A program made the position numbers and the translations under genes. Shown piece by piece: positions 51,301 to 60,392 of a stretch of 64,000 bases of DNA. The notes below the pieces were generated by a model that saw only the letters and a program-made list of their open reading frames with translations, ran no database searches and was not told the DNA's origin. Every line of letters starts with the position of its first letter. Position 1 is the stretch's first letter. Origin of the DNA: Promethearchaeati archaeon (GTDB lineage Archaea; Asgardarchaeota; Heimdallarchaeia; Heimdallarchaeales; Heimdallarchaeaceae); NCBI GenBank assembly GCA_013166775.1, contig JABLTJ010000006.1, forward strand, positions 1 through 64,000, read 5' to 3'.

Positions 51301-52440
51301 TTATTCTTCTTTATCCTCTTTTTTCTCATATTCCCAAGGCATGATAATGTCTACTGTATTCTTTGTTAGAAATGAAGCAATAGATCTGTTAGTATAACAC
51401 CGTATATCATCATAGAAAGCTAAGATAGTTCCATATTCAGGAGCAACTATTGTTTCTTTAACTTCCCCAAATATGTCGTGAACAACCGCTATAGGTTCAT
51501 TTTGTTTCACAATCTCGCCTGCTTTTACCAGAGGAATATAGAGTCCTGTTTCTTGGACTCTTATTGCTATCTCTCTCCAAATTTCTTTATTTATTTCTGG
51601 ATTTGTCTTTATAGATATTGGTTCTCCATCCAAATTATTTGCCCATTTTAGAACATTGAGAACGGCATTCTTTGCTGATTTAATTATATCCATTACAACT
51701 ATATCTGAAGCTCCAAGTTCCACAGTGAAACCAGGTTTTCTTTGCTTGTTTGTGAAACTACCAGTTGTGGATCGATGAAGATTTTGTCTAAAATAATGTC
51801 TTGGAGGATCTTCAAGAACAATTGGAAATCCAAAAGCCTTAGCCATATCTAGAGTTTTATCAAACAGTTTTTGCGATTCTTCTTTCTCTCCCTCTTTTTT
51901 CTCATCATAATAGACTCTATCAACATATGAGAATGGAAAAGAACGGACTGAATGACAATGAAGATCAATAAAATAATCTACATCAGAAAATATTTCCGCT
52001 AATTTTGTATAGAAAACCTCTTGGACACTAGGATATTCCAATGGATCAAGATTTTTATCATAAGGATCTTCATACTTCAATTTAGGTTCTTTCTTTGGTT
52101 TAGGATCTGGCCATAGTCTATTGGGATCAGAACGATCATAGAATGGTGATCTAGTTAGCGTGAGTAAACCAGCAGGATTTAAAGTTGGAATGATTATTAC
52201 TGTTCCTTTTACATCCTCAGGTTCAATTGCCTTGATTACCTCTTGAAGTGTGACGAGTCCATGTACTTCATTTCCATGTATGTTACCAGTTAGTAGAAAG
52301 ACAGGTTTTTCTTCTGTTCCTTGAACAATAACAATAGGCATCTTTTCCACTGTTCCATGAGGATATTCGAACATATCTACGAATTCGAAAATCTTTTTCC
52401 CAGGTACGCTTTCTATATCAAATATTTTCATTATAATCAA
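51301..52440 (-). CDS. Succinylglutamate desuccinylase/aspartoacylase (M14) family protein
   Basis: HGNE, DPNR, DLH and ELG motifs; C-terminal biotinyl-like domain. Confidence 0.88.
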   Translation of the reverse strand: MIIMKIFDIESVPGKKIFEFVDMFEYPHGTVEKMPIVIVQGTEEKPVFLLTGNIHGNEVHGLVTLQEVIKAIEPEDVKGTVIIIPTLNPAGLLTLTRSPFYDRSDPNRLWPDPKPKKEPKLKYEDPYDKNLDPLEYPSVQEVFYTKLAEIFSDVDYFIDLHCHSVRSFPFSYVDRVYYDEKKEGEKEESQKLFDKTLDMAKAFGFPIVLEDPPRHYFRQNLHRSTTGSFTNKQRKPGFTVELGASDIVVMDIIKSAKNAVLNVLKWANNLDGEPISIKTNPEINKEIWREIAIRVQETGLYIPLVKAGEIVKQNEPIAVVHDIFGEVKETIVAPEYGTILAFYDDIRCYTNRSIASFLTKNTVDIIMPWEYEKKEDKEE

Positions 52441-52550
52441 AAGAAAAATAATTAGTGAGTATAAAGATTTTTCTCATTTTCCTGTATTTCCTTCTACGAG
52501 TTTCAAACGAGTATTTATATATAACATGATGATTTGAAGGATAGATATAT

Positions 52551-54002
52551 ATGGATGAAAACGTTGGTACTATAGAGTTAGAAGCACAAAAAACAAGTTA
52601 TAGAAACGTATTTTTATGGTCAAGTTATGATGCAGCTGATACTCTTTTTAGTCAAGCAATCATAAGTATTGCTTTCCAACCCTTTATACTACTTCTTGCC
52701 TTGGAAAACGGAATCACTGATTATTGGACTGCATTTGCATTAATGTCCGTTTTTATGGCAGTTTCAAACTTACTAGTTGCTTTGTTAGGGCCTTTTATAG
52801 GGGCACTAAGCGATACTATAGGTAAAAGAAAACCTGCTGTTCTGATATCTGCATCAGTGATGTGTATTGCAACGTTTGGTTTCATGTTCTGGAAGAATGT
52901 TTGGTGGGCCTGTATCATGTTTGTCATAGCAAATTTCGGTTATCAAGTAGGTAGGATGTTTTATGACTCGATGATACCATTCATCTCTAAAACTGAAGAA
53001 AGAGGAAAAACATCTGGTATTTCAGGAGCCCTAAGCTTCCTTGGAACTTTCGCTGCAATAGGATTATCAATGTTAGCATATGAAATCTGGGATAAATATA
53101 GTGAACCCGGTATGGTATTTGCTGATCCTGTAACAAATCCTCCTGAATATAGAAGTATATACTATCTTTTCGGAATTGCAGTTGCTGCGATTATTTTATT
53201 CGCAATCCCATTCTTGTTTAGTAAGGAGAAAGAAAACCCAAATCTAAATGGATTCCGTCAAAATCTTAGCATAGCAAAAAAATCATTTAGAGAAACTTTG
53301 AGAGAAATTTTCGTTCATCGATATAAGAATGCTATTCTCTTTATATTAGCTTGGTTTTTCGTTACAGATGCAGCAAACACAACAATTCTATATATGCAAT
53401 TAGTCATGGTAGATGGAGCAGGTGCTAATCCAAGTCAAGCTCTGTATGTTATAGGAATTGGAGGAATCCTAGCAATGATTGGAGCAATTGGTGTCGGATT
53501 ATTACTAGATAGATGGGGACCAAAAAAGAATTTTATCATTAATGTTTTCGCTTGGTTTTTTGCAGTAATTATCTGTATTTTAGCTTGCATAAAAATCGAT
53601 GGAGTTCATATTCTCCCCTGGCAGATAATGTATGCAGTTGCTTTCTTTATAGGTCTTGGATTTGGTGGTCTTTGGTTAATAGGCAGACAATTTATTTTTG
53701 AAATTGCCCCACCTGATAAAGTAACTCAATATCAAGGATTCAAACAAATTGCTGGTAGAGTTAGTGCGATTGTCAGCCCCCTAATTTTCATGGGTTTTCT
53801 AGGACTAGGAAATGCTCTTGGTTATAATATCTCAAATCAATATGCACTTGCACTTGCACCTTTACTTGTTTTCTTTCTTATAGGATTTTTTATTTTGCTC
53901 AGATACAAGGATGTTCACAAAGCCTATTTAGTAGGGGAACGAGCTCCATACAAAAGATTAGAAAAGAAGATGCTTAAAGAAGATCGAGAACTAGAAGTAT
54001 AA
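52551..54002 (+). CDS. MFS transporter, UMF1/ATG22-like
   Basis: W..YD.A, GALSD..G.RK and FYDSMIP....EERG..SG motifs. Confidence 0.85.
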   Translation: MDENVGTIELEAQKTSYRNVFLWSSYDAADTLFSQAIISIAFQPFILLLALENGITDYWTAFALMSVFMAVSNLLVALLGPFIGALSDTIGKRKPAVLISASVMCIATFGFMFWKNVWWACIMFVIANFGYQVGRMFYDSMIPFISKTEERGKTSGISGALSFLGTFAAIGLSMLAYEIWDKYSEPGMVFADPVTNPPEYRSIYYLFGIAVAAIILFAIPFLFSKEKENPNLNGFRQNLSIAKKSFRETLREIFVHRYKNAILFILAWFFVTDAANTTILYMQLVMVDGAGANPSQALYVIGIGGILAMIGAIGVGLLLDRWGPKKNFIINVFAWFFAVIICILACIKIDGVHILPWQIMYAVAFFIGLGFGGLWLIGRQFIFEIAPPDKVTQYQGFKQIAGRVSAIVSPLIFMGFLGLGNALGYNISNQYALALAPLLVFFLIGFFILLRYKDVHKAYLVGERAPYKRLEKKMLKEDRELEV

Positions 54003-54029
54003 TCATGCTTCTTCTTTTTCTCTTATACT

Positions 54030-55328
54030 TTACTCATATTCTTTCATTACAAGTAATGTAGTAACATCTTCTATCCATGATAGTTTAGCAATCGATTTTT
54101 CAATAAGTCTGAAAGTTTTACCTATGCTTCTAATTTTAATATTGATTAATATATCATAGATCCCCGTAATAAAAGAGAAATCTTCAACTCCTTTTAACTT
54201 GGATAACTCCTCCGGAGAAATTTTCACTCCTTGTTTAACTTTAGCAAGCAAAATACTCCTTGTTTCGGATAAAGCTAGAGCAATTACTCCAATCAGTATC
54301 AGAATTGATCCTGAAATTTTCAGAACGATGTTTGTATTGCTCCAGAAATCTACACTTACTAAACCTGGTATACCTATTCCTGCGATAGCTAACATGGGAA
54401 GTGTTGATACTACACTTACACTTTTGAGAGCTCTCACAATAGACATCTTCCCCATTGTTAAAGCTCTTGTATAGAAAACTACTGCAATAAATACAAGCAG
54501 CATTGACAGAATAACTGGAAAAAGAGTAGGTTGCCAATATTCTCGTACAACAGCTAATCCACCATTTCGATAGGAGGGAATTGCAGCTAAACAGTGACCG
54601 ATAGTTATTATCATCATAGTCCAGATTCTTAAGTTAATAGAATCATATACCTTCCCTTCCTTATCCTTTGTAGTGAGAGCTTTTTTCTGAAAGAAAATGT
54701 AAAACGCAGAGCATAAAGAAAGTGGTCCTATAATTAAAAAAATATCAACTAGGAAGGAAGAAGAGCTTGAACTTGTTATATTATTAGAAACAGTAGCAAT
54801 AATTACACCAACAGCTATCATTGCCATTGATTGTAATTCAACTAATACAGGTTTTTGCTTTTCTGAAATAGAATCCCCTAATAATAAATAAATTAACACA
54901 AACTGACTGAAGGGCATGATGACAGAAGCATCATTTCTTTCTAGAAGAACATAATAAAGAATTGAAGAACCTGATGCAAAAAAACCTGCTAGTAAAGTAT
55001 AAATACCAATTCTTCCTTGAGGAAATCTTATTCTTCGAAAATTTCGATCAAAGAAATAACCTATATTGTAGAACCACTTTCCATCTAATTTTTTTCTGAT
55101 AGGAATGTGTAAAAGAGCTACTAAAACTAAAGATACTATTACACCAACAACCATCTCGTAAGCTCCAAGAATATATGGATCAGAAATATATATCTTGTTC
55201 ACATAATCATCTAGAATAACATACACACTTACTATAATTCCACTAATTAATGAAAGAGAATAAAATGTACTCTTCCTTCTAAATTTGCTAACTGGCCGGG
55301 ATTCTGGTGCTATCATTTTTTCACTCAA
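54030..55328 (-). CDS. DMT/EamA-like membrane protein fused to a C-terminal Lrp/AsnC ligand-binding domain
   Basis: About 10 TM in two repeats; C-terminal GVEDFSFITGIYDILINI...I.KL.WIEDVTT. Confidence 0.75.
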   Translation of the reverse strand: MSEKMIAPESRPVSKFRRKSTFYSLSLISGIIVSVYVILDDYVNKIYISDPYILGAYEMVVGVIVSLVLVALLHIPIRKKLDGKWFYNIGYFFDRNFRRIRFPQGRIGIYTLLAGFFASGSSILYYVLLERNDASVIMPFSQFVLIYLLLGDSISEKQKPVLVELQSMAMIAVGVIIATVSNNITSSSSSSFLVDIFLIIGPLSLCSAFYIFFQKKALTTKDKEGKVYDSINLRIWTMMIITIGHCLAAIPSYRNGGLAVVREYWQPTLFPVILSMLLVFIAVVFYTRALTMGKMSIVRALKSVSVVSTLPMLAIAGIGIPGLVSVDFWSNTNIVLKISGSILILIGVIALALSETRSILLAKVKQGVKISPEELSKLKGVEDFSFITGIYDILINIKIRSIGKTFRLIEKSIAKLSWIEDVTTLLVMKEYE

Positions 55329-55569
55329 TCAGAACTTCTTTTTCAACAACTGCTGTCTGAGTATCTTCAATTCCTTCTATCATGTGAATTCTCTGTGTAG
55401 CAATTTCATAGAGTTCTTCTAAATTTTCGACGATTACTTTAGCAATAACATCATATTCTCCAGTTACAACGGCAACACTAACAATCTCAGGAATCTTACG
55501 TAGTTGATCTATCACTTCTTGTGTCTTCCCTAATTTTATTATGAAGAAAATATACGCTGATACAGTCAT
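55321..55569 (-). CDS. Stand-alone Lrp/AsnC ligand-binding (RAM) domain protein
   Basis: AYIF...VTGEYDVIAKV...I..IEGIEDTQT; no HTH. Confidence 0.88.
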   Translation of the reverse strand: MTVSAYIFFIIKLGKTQEVIDQLRKIPEIVSVAVVTGEYDVIAKVIVENLEELYEIATQRIHMIEGIEDTQTAVVEKEVLIE

Positions 55570-55779
55570 AAAAATAGGTTTTAAAAGCTGTAAAAAAAGA
55601 TTTTCTACTGTGGTTAATATTGATGGAATCTTTTTTGTTTTTCTAAATGATTACATAAATAAATTATCTATTTAAATGACAAAATGAAAAAGCAAATTTT
55701 TTTTAAGTGCAATGTTCTAACCAATTTATATTATCTGAAATAATACACTAACAATCGACTAAATCCAGAGGAATTACTC

Positions 55780-56667
55780 ATGAATAAAGCTAAAGAATCT
55801 TTAGATAAAGAGGTTTTGGATTTAGAGGATTTTTTAAATCAGGCTACAGTTTCAAACATTGATGTTAAGGAACTTCAAGAAAGAAATAGGATTCTGTTAG
55901 AAGCACTTAGAAAAGTCAAATTACTTGTTGAACGATTATTAACTCAAAATAGGCAATTCAGAAGAAAAGTAGAGCAAATGGAGACAGAAACTAGTGAGCA
56001 GAATAAGCAAGGAGTAAAAATAGTTTCTGCAGCACGGTATAAGGAAATGCAAAACAATGCTGATGAACTTGGGAGAAGTCTTCCAAAATTAATTAAGTTG
56101 ATTAAACTCCTAAATCAAGAAAATAAACTGTTCAAAGATAAATATAACGCTCTCGAGAATGAATTTGAGGACATAATCAATGAGAGAGATGATCTAAAAG
56201 ATAAAATTGTTCATCTTAACGATCAAACACAGCAAGATAAAATCGCTGAACTGACAGAACTCTTTCCTATTGAAGAGTTAGCTGATAAAGTTGCAAAATC
56301 TATCAAAGCAACAACCGATTTATCAAAGCTAGTCGGGAATGATCTTGAACAAGATTCCAAAACAATTGCTCAAGCAACAAGTGATGCAGTTCCAAGCTTT
56401 GAAGAACGTGCAAGAACTGACTTACATCAAGTAAATGGTTTTAGCAATGAACAGATTTCCAAACTTGTTGATCTTGTTGTGGAAATTAACGATAAGATTG
56501 AAAATTTAAGTAGTACAATGGTAGTTGCATCCCCAGCTAGACGAAGAGGAAAAACAGTTTTAGATTTATCACAAGCTATCACAGATGGAGATTTAGAAGA
56601 ATTAGATGAACCTCCAGAAAGACCGGATTTAGAAGAGGTTTTAGATGATATTCTTATTTCAGGTTAA
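55780..56667 (+). CDS. Coiled-coil protein with acidic Pro-containing C-terminal motif
   Basis: Heptad Leu repeats; ends DLEELDEPPERPDLEEVLDDILISG. Confidence 0.7.
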   Translation: MNKAKESLDKEVLDLEDFLNQATVSNIDVKELQERNRILLEALRKVKLLVERLLTQNRQFRRKVEQMETETSEQNKQGVKIVSAARYKEMQNNADELGRSLPKLIKLIKLLNQENKLFKDKYNALENEFEDIINERDDLKDKIVHLNDQTQQDKIAELTELFPIEELADKVAKSIKATTDLSKLVGNDLEQDSKTIAQATSDAVPSFEERARTDLHQVNGFSNEQISKLVDLVVEINDKIENLSSTMVVASPARRRGKTVLDLSQAITDGDLEELDEPPERPDLEEVLDDILISG

Positions 56668-56696
56668 TTTTTAGTTAATTTTAGGGTGTAATCGTA

Positions 56697-57134
56697 GTGT
56701 CAGAAACTAGTAATTTTGAATACGAAATTAAATTGGTTAAAAAGGACAATTATAAATTCGAAGTTGATTTTGGTGATGCAATACCTAAACTCTTGATGGA
56801 TGAATCAACTGATGTTCCTGGAGGAGAAGGAAAAGGGCCCACAGCTTCCTTTCTACTAGCGACAGCAGTTGGAAATTGCTTATCAGCTTCATTCACATTT
56901 TGCTTGTCGAAAAAAAAGGTTGCTTTGGTTAGTCTGAAAACAAAAGTTCGATTTAAGCGAGAAAGAAATGAACAAGGTTTTTGGAGAATATCAAAGATAG
57001 ATGTTGATTTATTCCCAGAAGTGGAAAATGAAAATGATAAGAACTTTGAAAGGTGCGTAGAGATTTTCAAGAATTACTGTATTGTCTCAATGAGCGTCGA
57101 ACAAGGAATAGATATAGAAGTTACTGTAAAATGA
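56697..57134 (+). CDS. OsmC family protein
   Basis: DE...GG.G.GP, GNCL and YCIVS..V (two conserved Cys). Confidence 0.88.
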   Translation: MSETSNFEYEIKLVKKDNYKFEVDFGDAIPKLLMDESTDVPGGEGKGPTASFLLATAVGNCLSASFTFCLSKKKVALVSLKTKVRFKRERNEQGFWRISKIDVDLFPEVENENDKNFERCVEIFKNYCIVSMSVEQGIDIEVTVK

Positions 57135-57148
57135 GCTATACTAGATTG

Positions 57149-57215
57149 TGAGAGTCTCAGACTGCATTCTTTCGCAATATTTAGCGACGTAGTGCATGGT
57201 CATCATCAACTCTCA
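57149..57215 (-). ncRNA. Box C/D guide sRNA
   Basis: Minus strand reads TGAGAGTT-G-ATGATGA(C)-CCATGCACTACGTCG-CTAA(D')-ATA-TTGCGA(C')-AAGAATGCAGT-CTGA(D)-GACTCTCA: 8-bp terminal stem, canonical K-turn geometry, 67 nt, intergenic. Confidence 0.8.
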
Positions 57216-57361
57216 TATGAAGAATAAAGAAATAACTAATATGCGTTTTGATTAAACATCAAACGCAGTCTAGAAAGATTTTCTTCAGATTCTCGAAGAT
57301 ATTTTATTTACAATGCAAAAGACATATATAATAATACAGAAGTAATACGCCTAGTGTATAG

Positions 57362-58219
57362 GTGATTAAAATTCCACCAAAGAAAAATGAAACGAGATCA
57401 TCAAATGTTTATACTATTAACATTCCATCGAATTTCAAGGATGGCGTTTTAGAGCATTCAAGGAAGTTTGGTGGTGCAAGTCAATTAATTACTATGTCTC
57501 TAGGAGATTTGGCATCTAGAATACACGGGATTCAAAATAAATTAGATATAATGCAGGAATTAAGGGATTATATCAAGTTGGAAATTCTTTTAATGCAAAG
57601 GTATGAAGAAGAATCAAAAGTAAAAAAGGATACAAAATTATCTTTTCGAATAAAAGATCAAATAAGCCATGAATGCTTAACTGCGATAAGGAAGAAAACT
57701 GGTTGGTCTACATCAAAATCTGTGAGAATTTCTCTCCTTTGGTACTTATATGCAAATTTTGATGAACTGGTATCATCAGACAGTTATGTTCCTTTATTAA
57801 CCTGTCCTAATTGTGATTTTAGAACTCATGATCAAAGAGCTTTAGGAGTTCATGCTCAAACTATTCATGCATCTACACAAACTTATGAGACTACCGTAAC
57901 ACCTTCTCAGACAACAATAGATCAATTTACTACTGAAGCAATTTCAGATATAGAACTAGATGAATCAAAATTGCTTCAAGAGCTCGGTCTAAAAGACCTA
58001 GGGACTCTACAACCAACCGAATTGGAACCTGAAACTATTTCTCTAGTTCCTGATACAATAGTAGATGTTACTGATAAAAGTGATTTGAAGGAAATAATCG
58101 AAGAAAGAATAAAAGAAAGAAGATCGAAAAAAGATAAAGATGAGAAGATAGATGAGTTGCAATCTGAGATTTCTGATATTCTTGAATCTTTGAGAGAAGA
58201 TGGGTTAATAGATGATTGA
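57362..58219 (+). CDS. Putative DNA-binding protein: RHH-like domains + C2H2 zinc finger + acidic tail
   Basis: LSFRI...RKKTGWSTSKSVRISL (RHH-like); CPNCDFRT.....LGVHAQTIH (C2H2). Confidence 0.65.
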   Translation: MIKIPPKKNETRSSNVYTINIPSNFKDGVLEHSRKFGGASQLITMSLGDLASRIHGIQNKLDIMQELRDYIKLEILLMQRYEEESKVKKDTKLSFRIKDQISHECLTAIRKKTGWSTSKSVRISLLWYLYANFDELVSSDSYVPLLTCPNCDFRTHDQRALGVHAQTIHASTQTYETTVTPSQTTIDQFTTEAISDIELDESKLLQELGLKDLGTLQPTELEPETISLVPDTIVDVTDKSDLKEIIEERIKERRSKKDKDEKIDELQSEISDILESLREDGLIDD

Positions 58220-58274
58220 CATTATGGTAAAGATAATATAAAGAAAGACAATATAATAGCTTGGAGTAATCTGG

Positions 58275-59129
58275 ATGGCCAATCCATTAAAAATTCTATT
58301 GTGTGAAGATGATACTGATATCGCCTTTTTAATCAAGATTAATATTATAAAGTCATATCCTGAAGCTGAGGTATTCATTACAAGAACAAAAGAAGAAACA
58401 CTCCAAACTCTTTTTGATGTAAAATACGACATCGATGTTATATTACTTGATTATCTTTTAGTAAATACTACTGGTCTGGAAATTTTGGAAGAAATAAGAC
58501 AGATTACTGAAATCCCTGTTATCATTATAACTGGGCAAGGTTCTGAGGAGGTAGCTGTCAACGCAATGAAACTTGGAGCTTCAGATTATATAGTAAAAAG
58601 AGGGAGATTTTTCAATCAAATTCCTGGTGTAATTGACAAAGTGACCAAAATTGAATCTAAATACGATTTAGATAAAATCTTTGTATCGTTTTATCGGTTT
58701 GGTGAATCCGGAACAGATCCGATCTATATCAACAAAATCCCAGCGGAATATGAAAAAGTCAAAGAAACTGTTATTCTAGCCTTGGGTGTTCTGTTGTTTA
58801 CCATTTATGGTATGGGAGAATTAGATATGCTTGAATCAGGTTCAATGATAACGGGTCCTGTGAAAATTCCAAAAATGAAACAATATAATGCAACAAGCTT
58901 TCTCTATGTAGTAAGTGATGAAAGTCAAAAAGATCCACGATTCAGAGGTAAAGATTACTGTATAGTTGCACTTGGATATCCAGCAGAATACTCTGATCTA
59001 GTTTATGGTATAGACAAAATAAGAAACATCCTCAACCTTTTCTTTGAAGAAGTCAATGATATTTCTGAAGTTGAAGATAAAGCTGAAGATGTTGAAGAAC
59101 AGGTTTACAACGTTATTCGTCGTTTCTAA
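58275..59129 (+). CDS. Response regulator receiver domain fused to a longin/uDENN-like domain
   Basis: REC motifs EDD, LLDY, ITG and YIVK; C-terminal F..SG.DP...GP..IP...D....DPR..G..YC. Confidence 0.75.
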   Translation: MANPLKILLCEDDTDIAFLIKINIIKSYPEAEVFITRTKEETLQTLFDVKYDIDVILLDYLLVNTTGLEILEEIRQITEIPVIIITGQGSEEVAVNAMKLGASDYIVKRGRFFNQIPGVIDKVTKIESKYDLDKIFVSFYRFGESGTDPIYINKIPAEYEKVKETVILALGVLLFTIYGMGELDMLESGSMITGPVKIPKMKQYNATSFLYVVSDESQKDPRFRGKDYCIVALGYPAEYSDLVYGIDKIRNILNLFFEEVNDISEVEDKAEDVEEQVYNVIRRF

Positions 59130-60286
59130 CCCTTATTACTGAAAGCTTCATTGTATATCTCTATTAATTTTTCCGCTTCAATTTCCCAGTTGAATTGTTT
59201 TTCATAATTTTCCTGAGCTTCAGTTTTCAATTTATCAAGCAATTCTTTGTCATTGTAAAGTTTGAAAATTTGATCTGCTATTTCTTGAGGAGCGGTTGGA
59301 TCAATAAGAAAACCTATTTTACTTGCATTCTTAATTGCTTTCTGAAGTCCTTCAAAGTTGGAACCAATAAATGGAACTCCTGCTGAACAATATTCAAACA
59401 GTCTATTTGGCATTCTAAGAAAATTGTTTTTTCCTGGTTGAAATAACACTAAACCCACATCACATGACCTGAGAATAGATAAGGCATCATAGTAGTTCAT
59501 CCATCCTGTTAGATTGAAATAGTCAGACAGTCCTTTAATCTTAATTAACTCCTTCATTGGTTCAAGAGCTGCCCCTGATCCCATAACAAGGAATTCAATT
59601 TCTGAAGATTTAATATTCTCCTTTAAAATTTCTGCAGTTTCCACTGTTTTATCGTATCCTAAATTACTATACATAACACCAAAATGAACCACTCTAAATT
59701 TATCAGTGGAATATTCATTTGGTATTTTCATCTTATGGGCTTGCTCTACATCCAATTTCGAAGGATAATTTGATACCCATGAGCTTTTTACTTTATACTT
59801 TCGATGAAGATTATCAGAATAAGTTTCCCCTGGAGTTAGTATTCCATCTACTAGTTTGATATACTTTCTTTCCATCCATGTATATACCCAGAGAGCTGGA
59901 AAACCAAATGTTTCAGACATTTGTTCAGGAAAATTTTCGTGACTATCATAAATCAGAATCTTACTATTTTTCTTTAATTTCGATGAAAGAGGAAGTACAT
60001 TAAGATCATGGAAATGTATTATATCGAATTTCTCATCCCCTACTAATTTCCTCACCTTTTTCCAGAATTCAAAGTATTTAAAAAATAGTTTCTTCTTTAT
60101 TGGAACTCTTTTAATTGTATATCCATCTCTTTTTTCTTCCTCAGCTAGACCACCAATCGGATTTGTTGCAATCACTGTAACTTGATTTCCCTTACTCGCT
60201 AGAAACCTAGCTTCCTTTTCCACTCTAACATCAGGAGCAACTGTACTTAAAACAACCATCAAGATTTTCCAAGATTTACTACTCAT
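59126..60286 (-). CDS. Glycosyltransferase family 4
   Basis: DVRV.KEA, HFHD, YDSHE and PNRLFEY...GVP motifs. Confidence 0.9.
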   Translation of the reverse strand: MSSKSWKILMVVLSTVAPDVRVEKEARFLASKGNQVTVIATNPIGGLAEEEKRDGYTIKRVPIKKKLFFKYFEFWKKVRKLVGDEKFDIIHFHDLNVLPLSSKLKKNSKILIYDSHENFPEQMSETFGFPALWVYTWMERKYIKLVDGILTPGETYSDNLHRKYKVKSSWVSNYPSKLDVEQAHKMKIPNEYSTDKFRVVHFGVMYSNLGYDKTVETAEILKENIKSSEIEFLVMGSGAALEPMKELIKIKGLSDYFNLTGWMNYYDALSILRSCDVGLVLFQPGKNNFLRMPNRLFEYCSAGVPFIGSNFEGLQKAIKNASKIGFLIDPTAPQEIADQIFKLYNDKELLDKLKTEAQENYEKQFNWEIEAEKLIEIYNEAFSNKG

Positions 60287-60392
60287 TGATTTGAATAAAG
60301 TTAGTTAGTATATCAAATTTTTGAATGTAAGGTTATAAGGGTGAAAAGCATAATTCTACATATTTAAATAAGAAATAAGTAAGTCTCCAATA

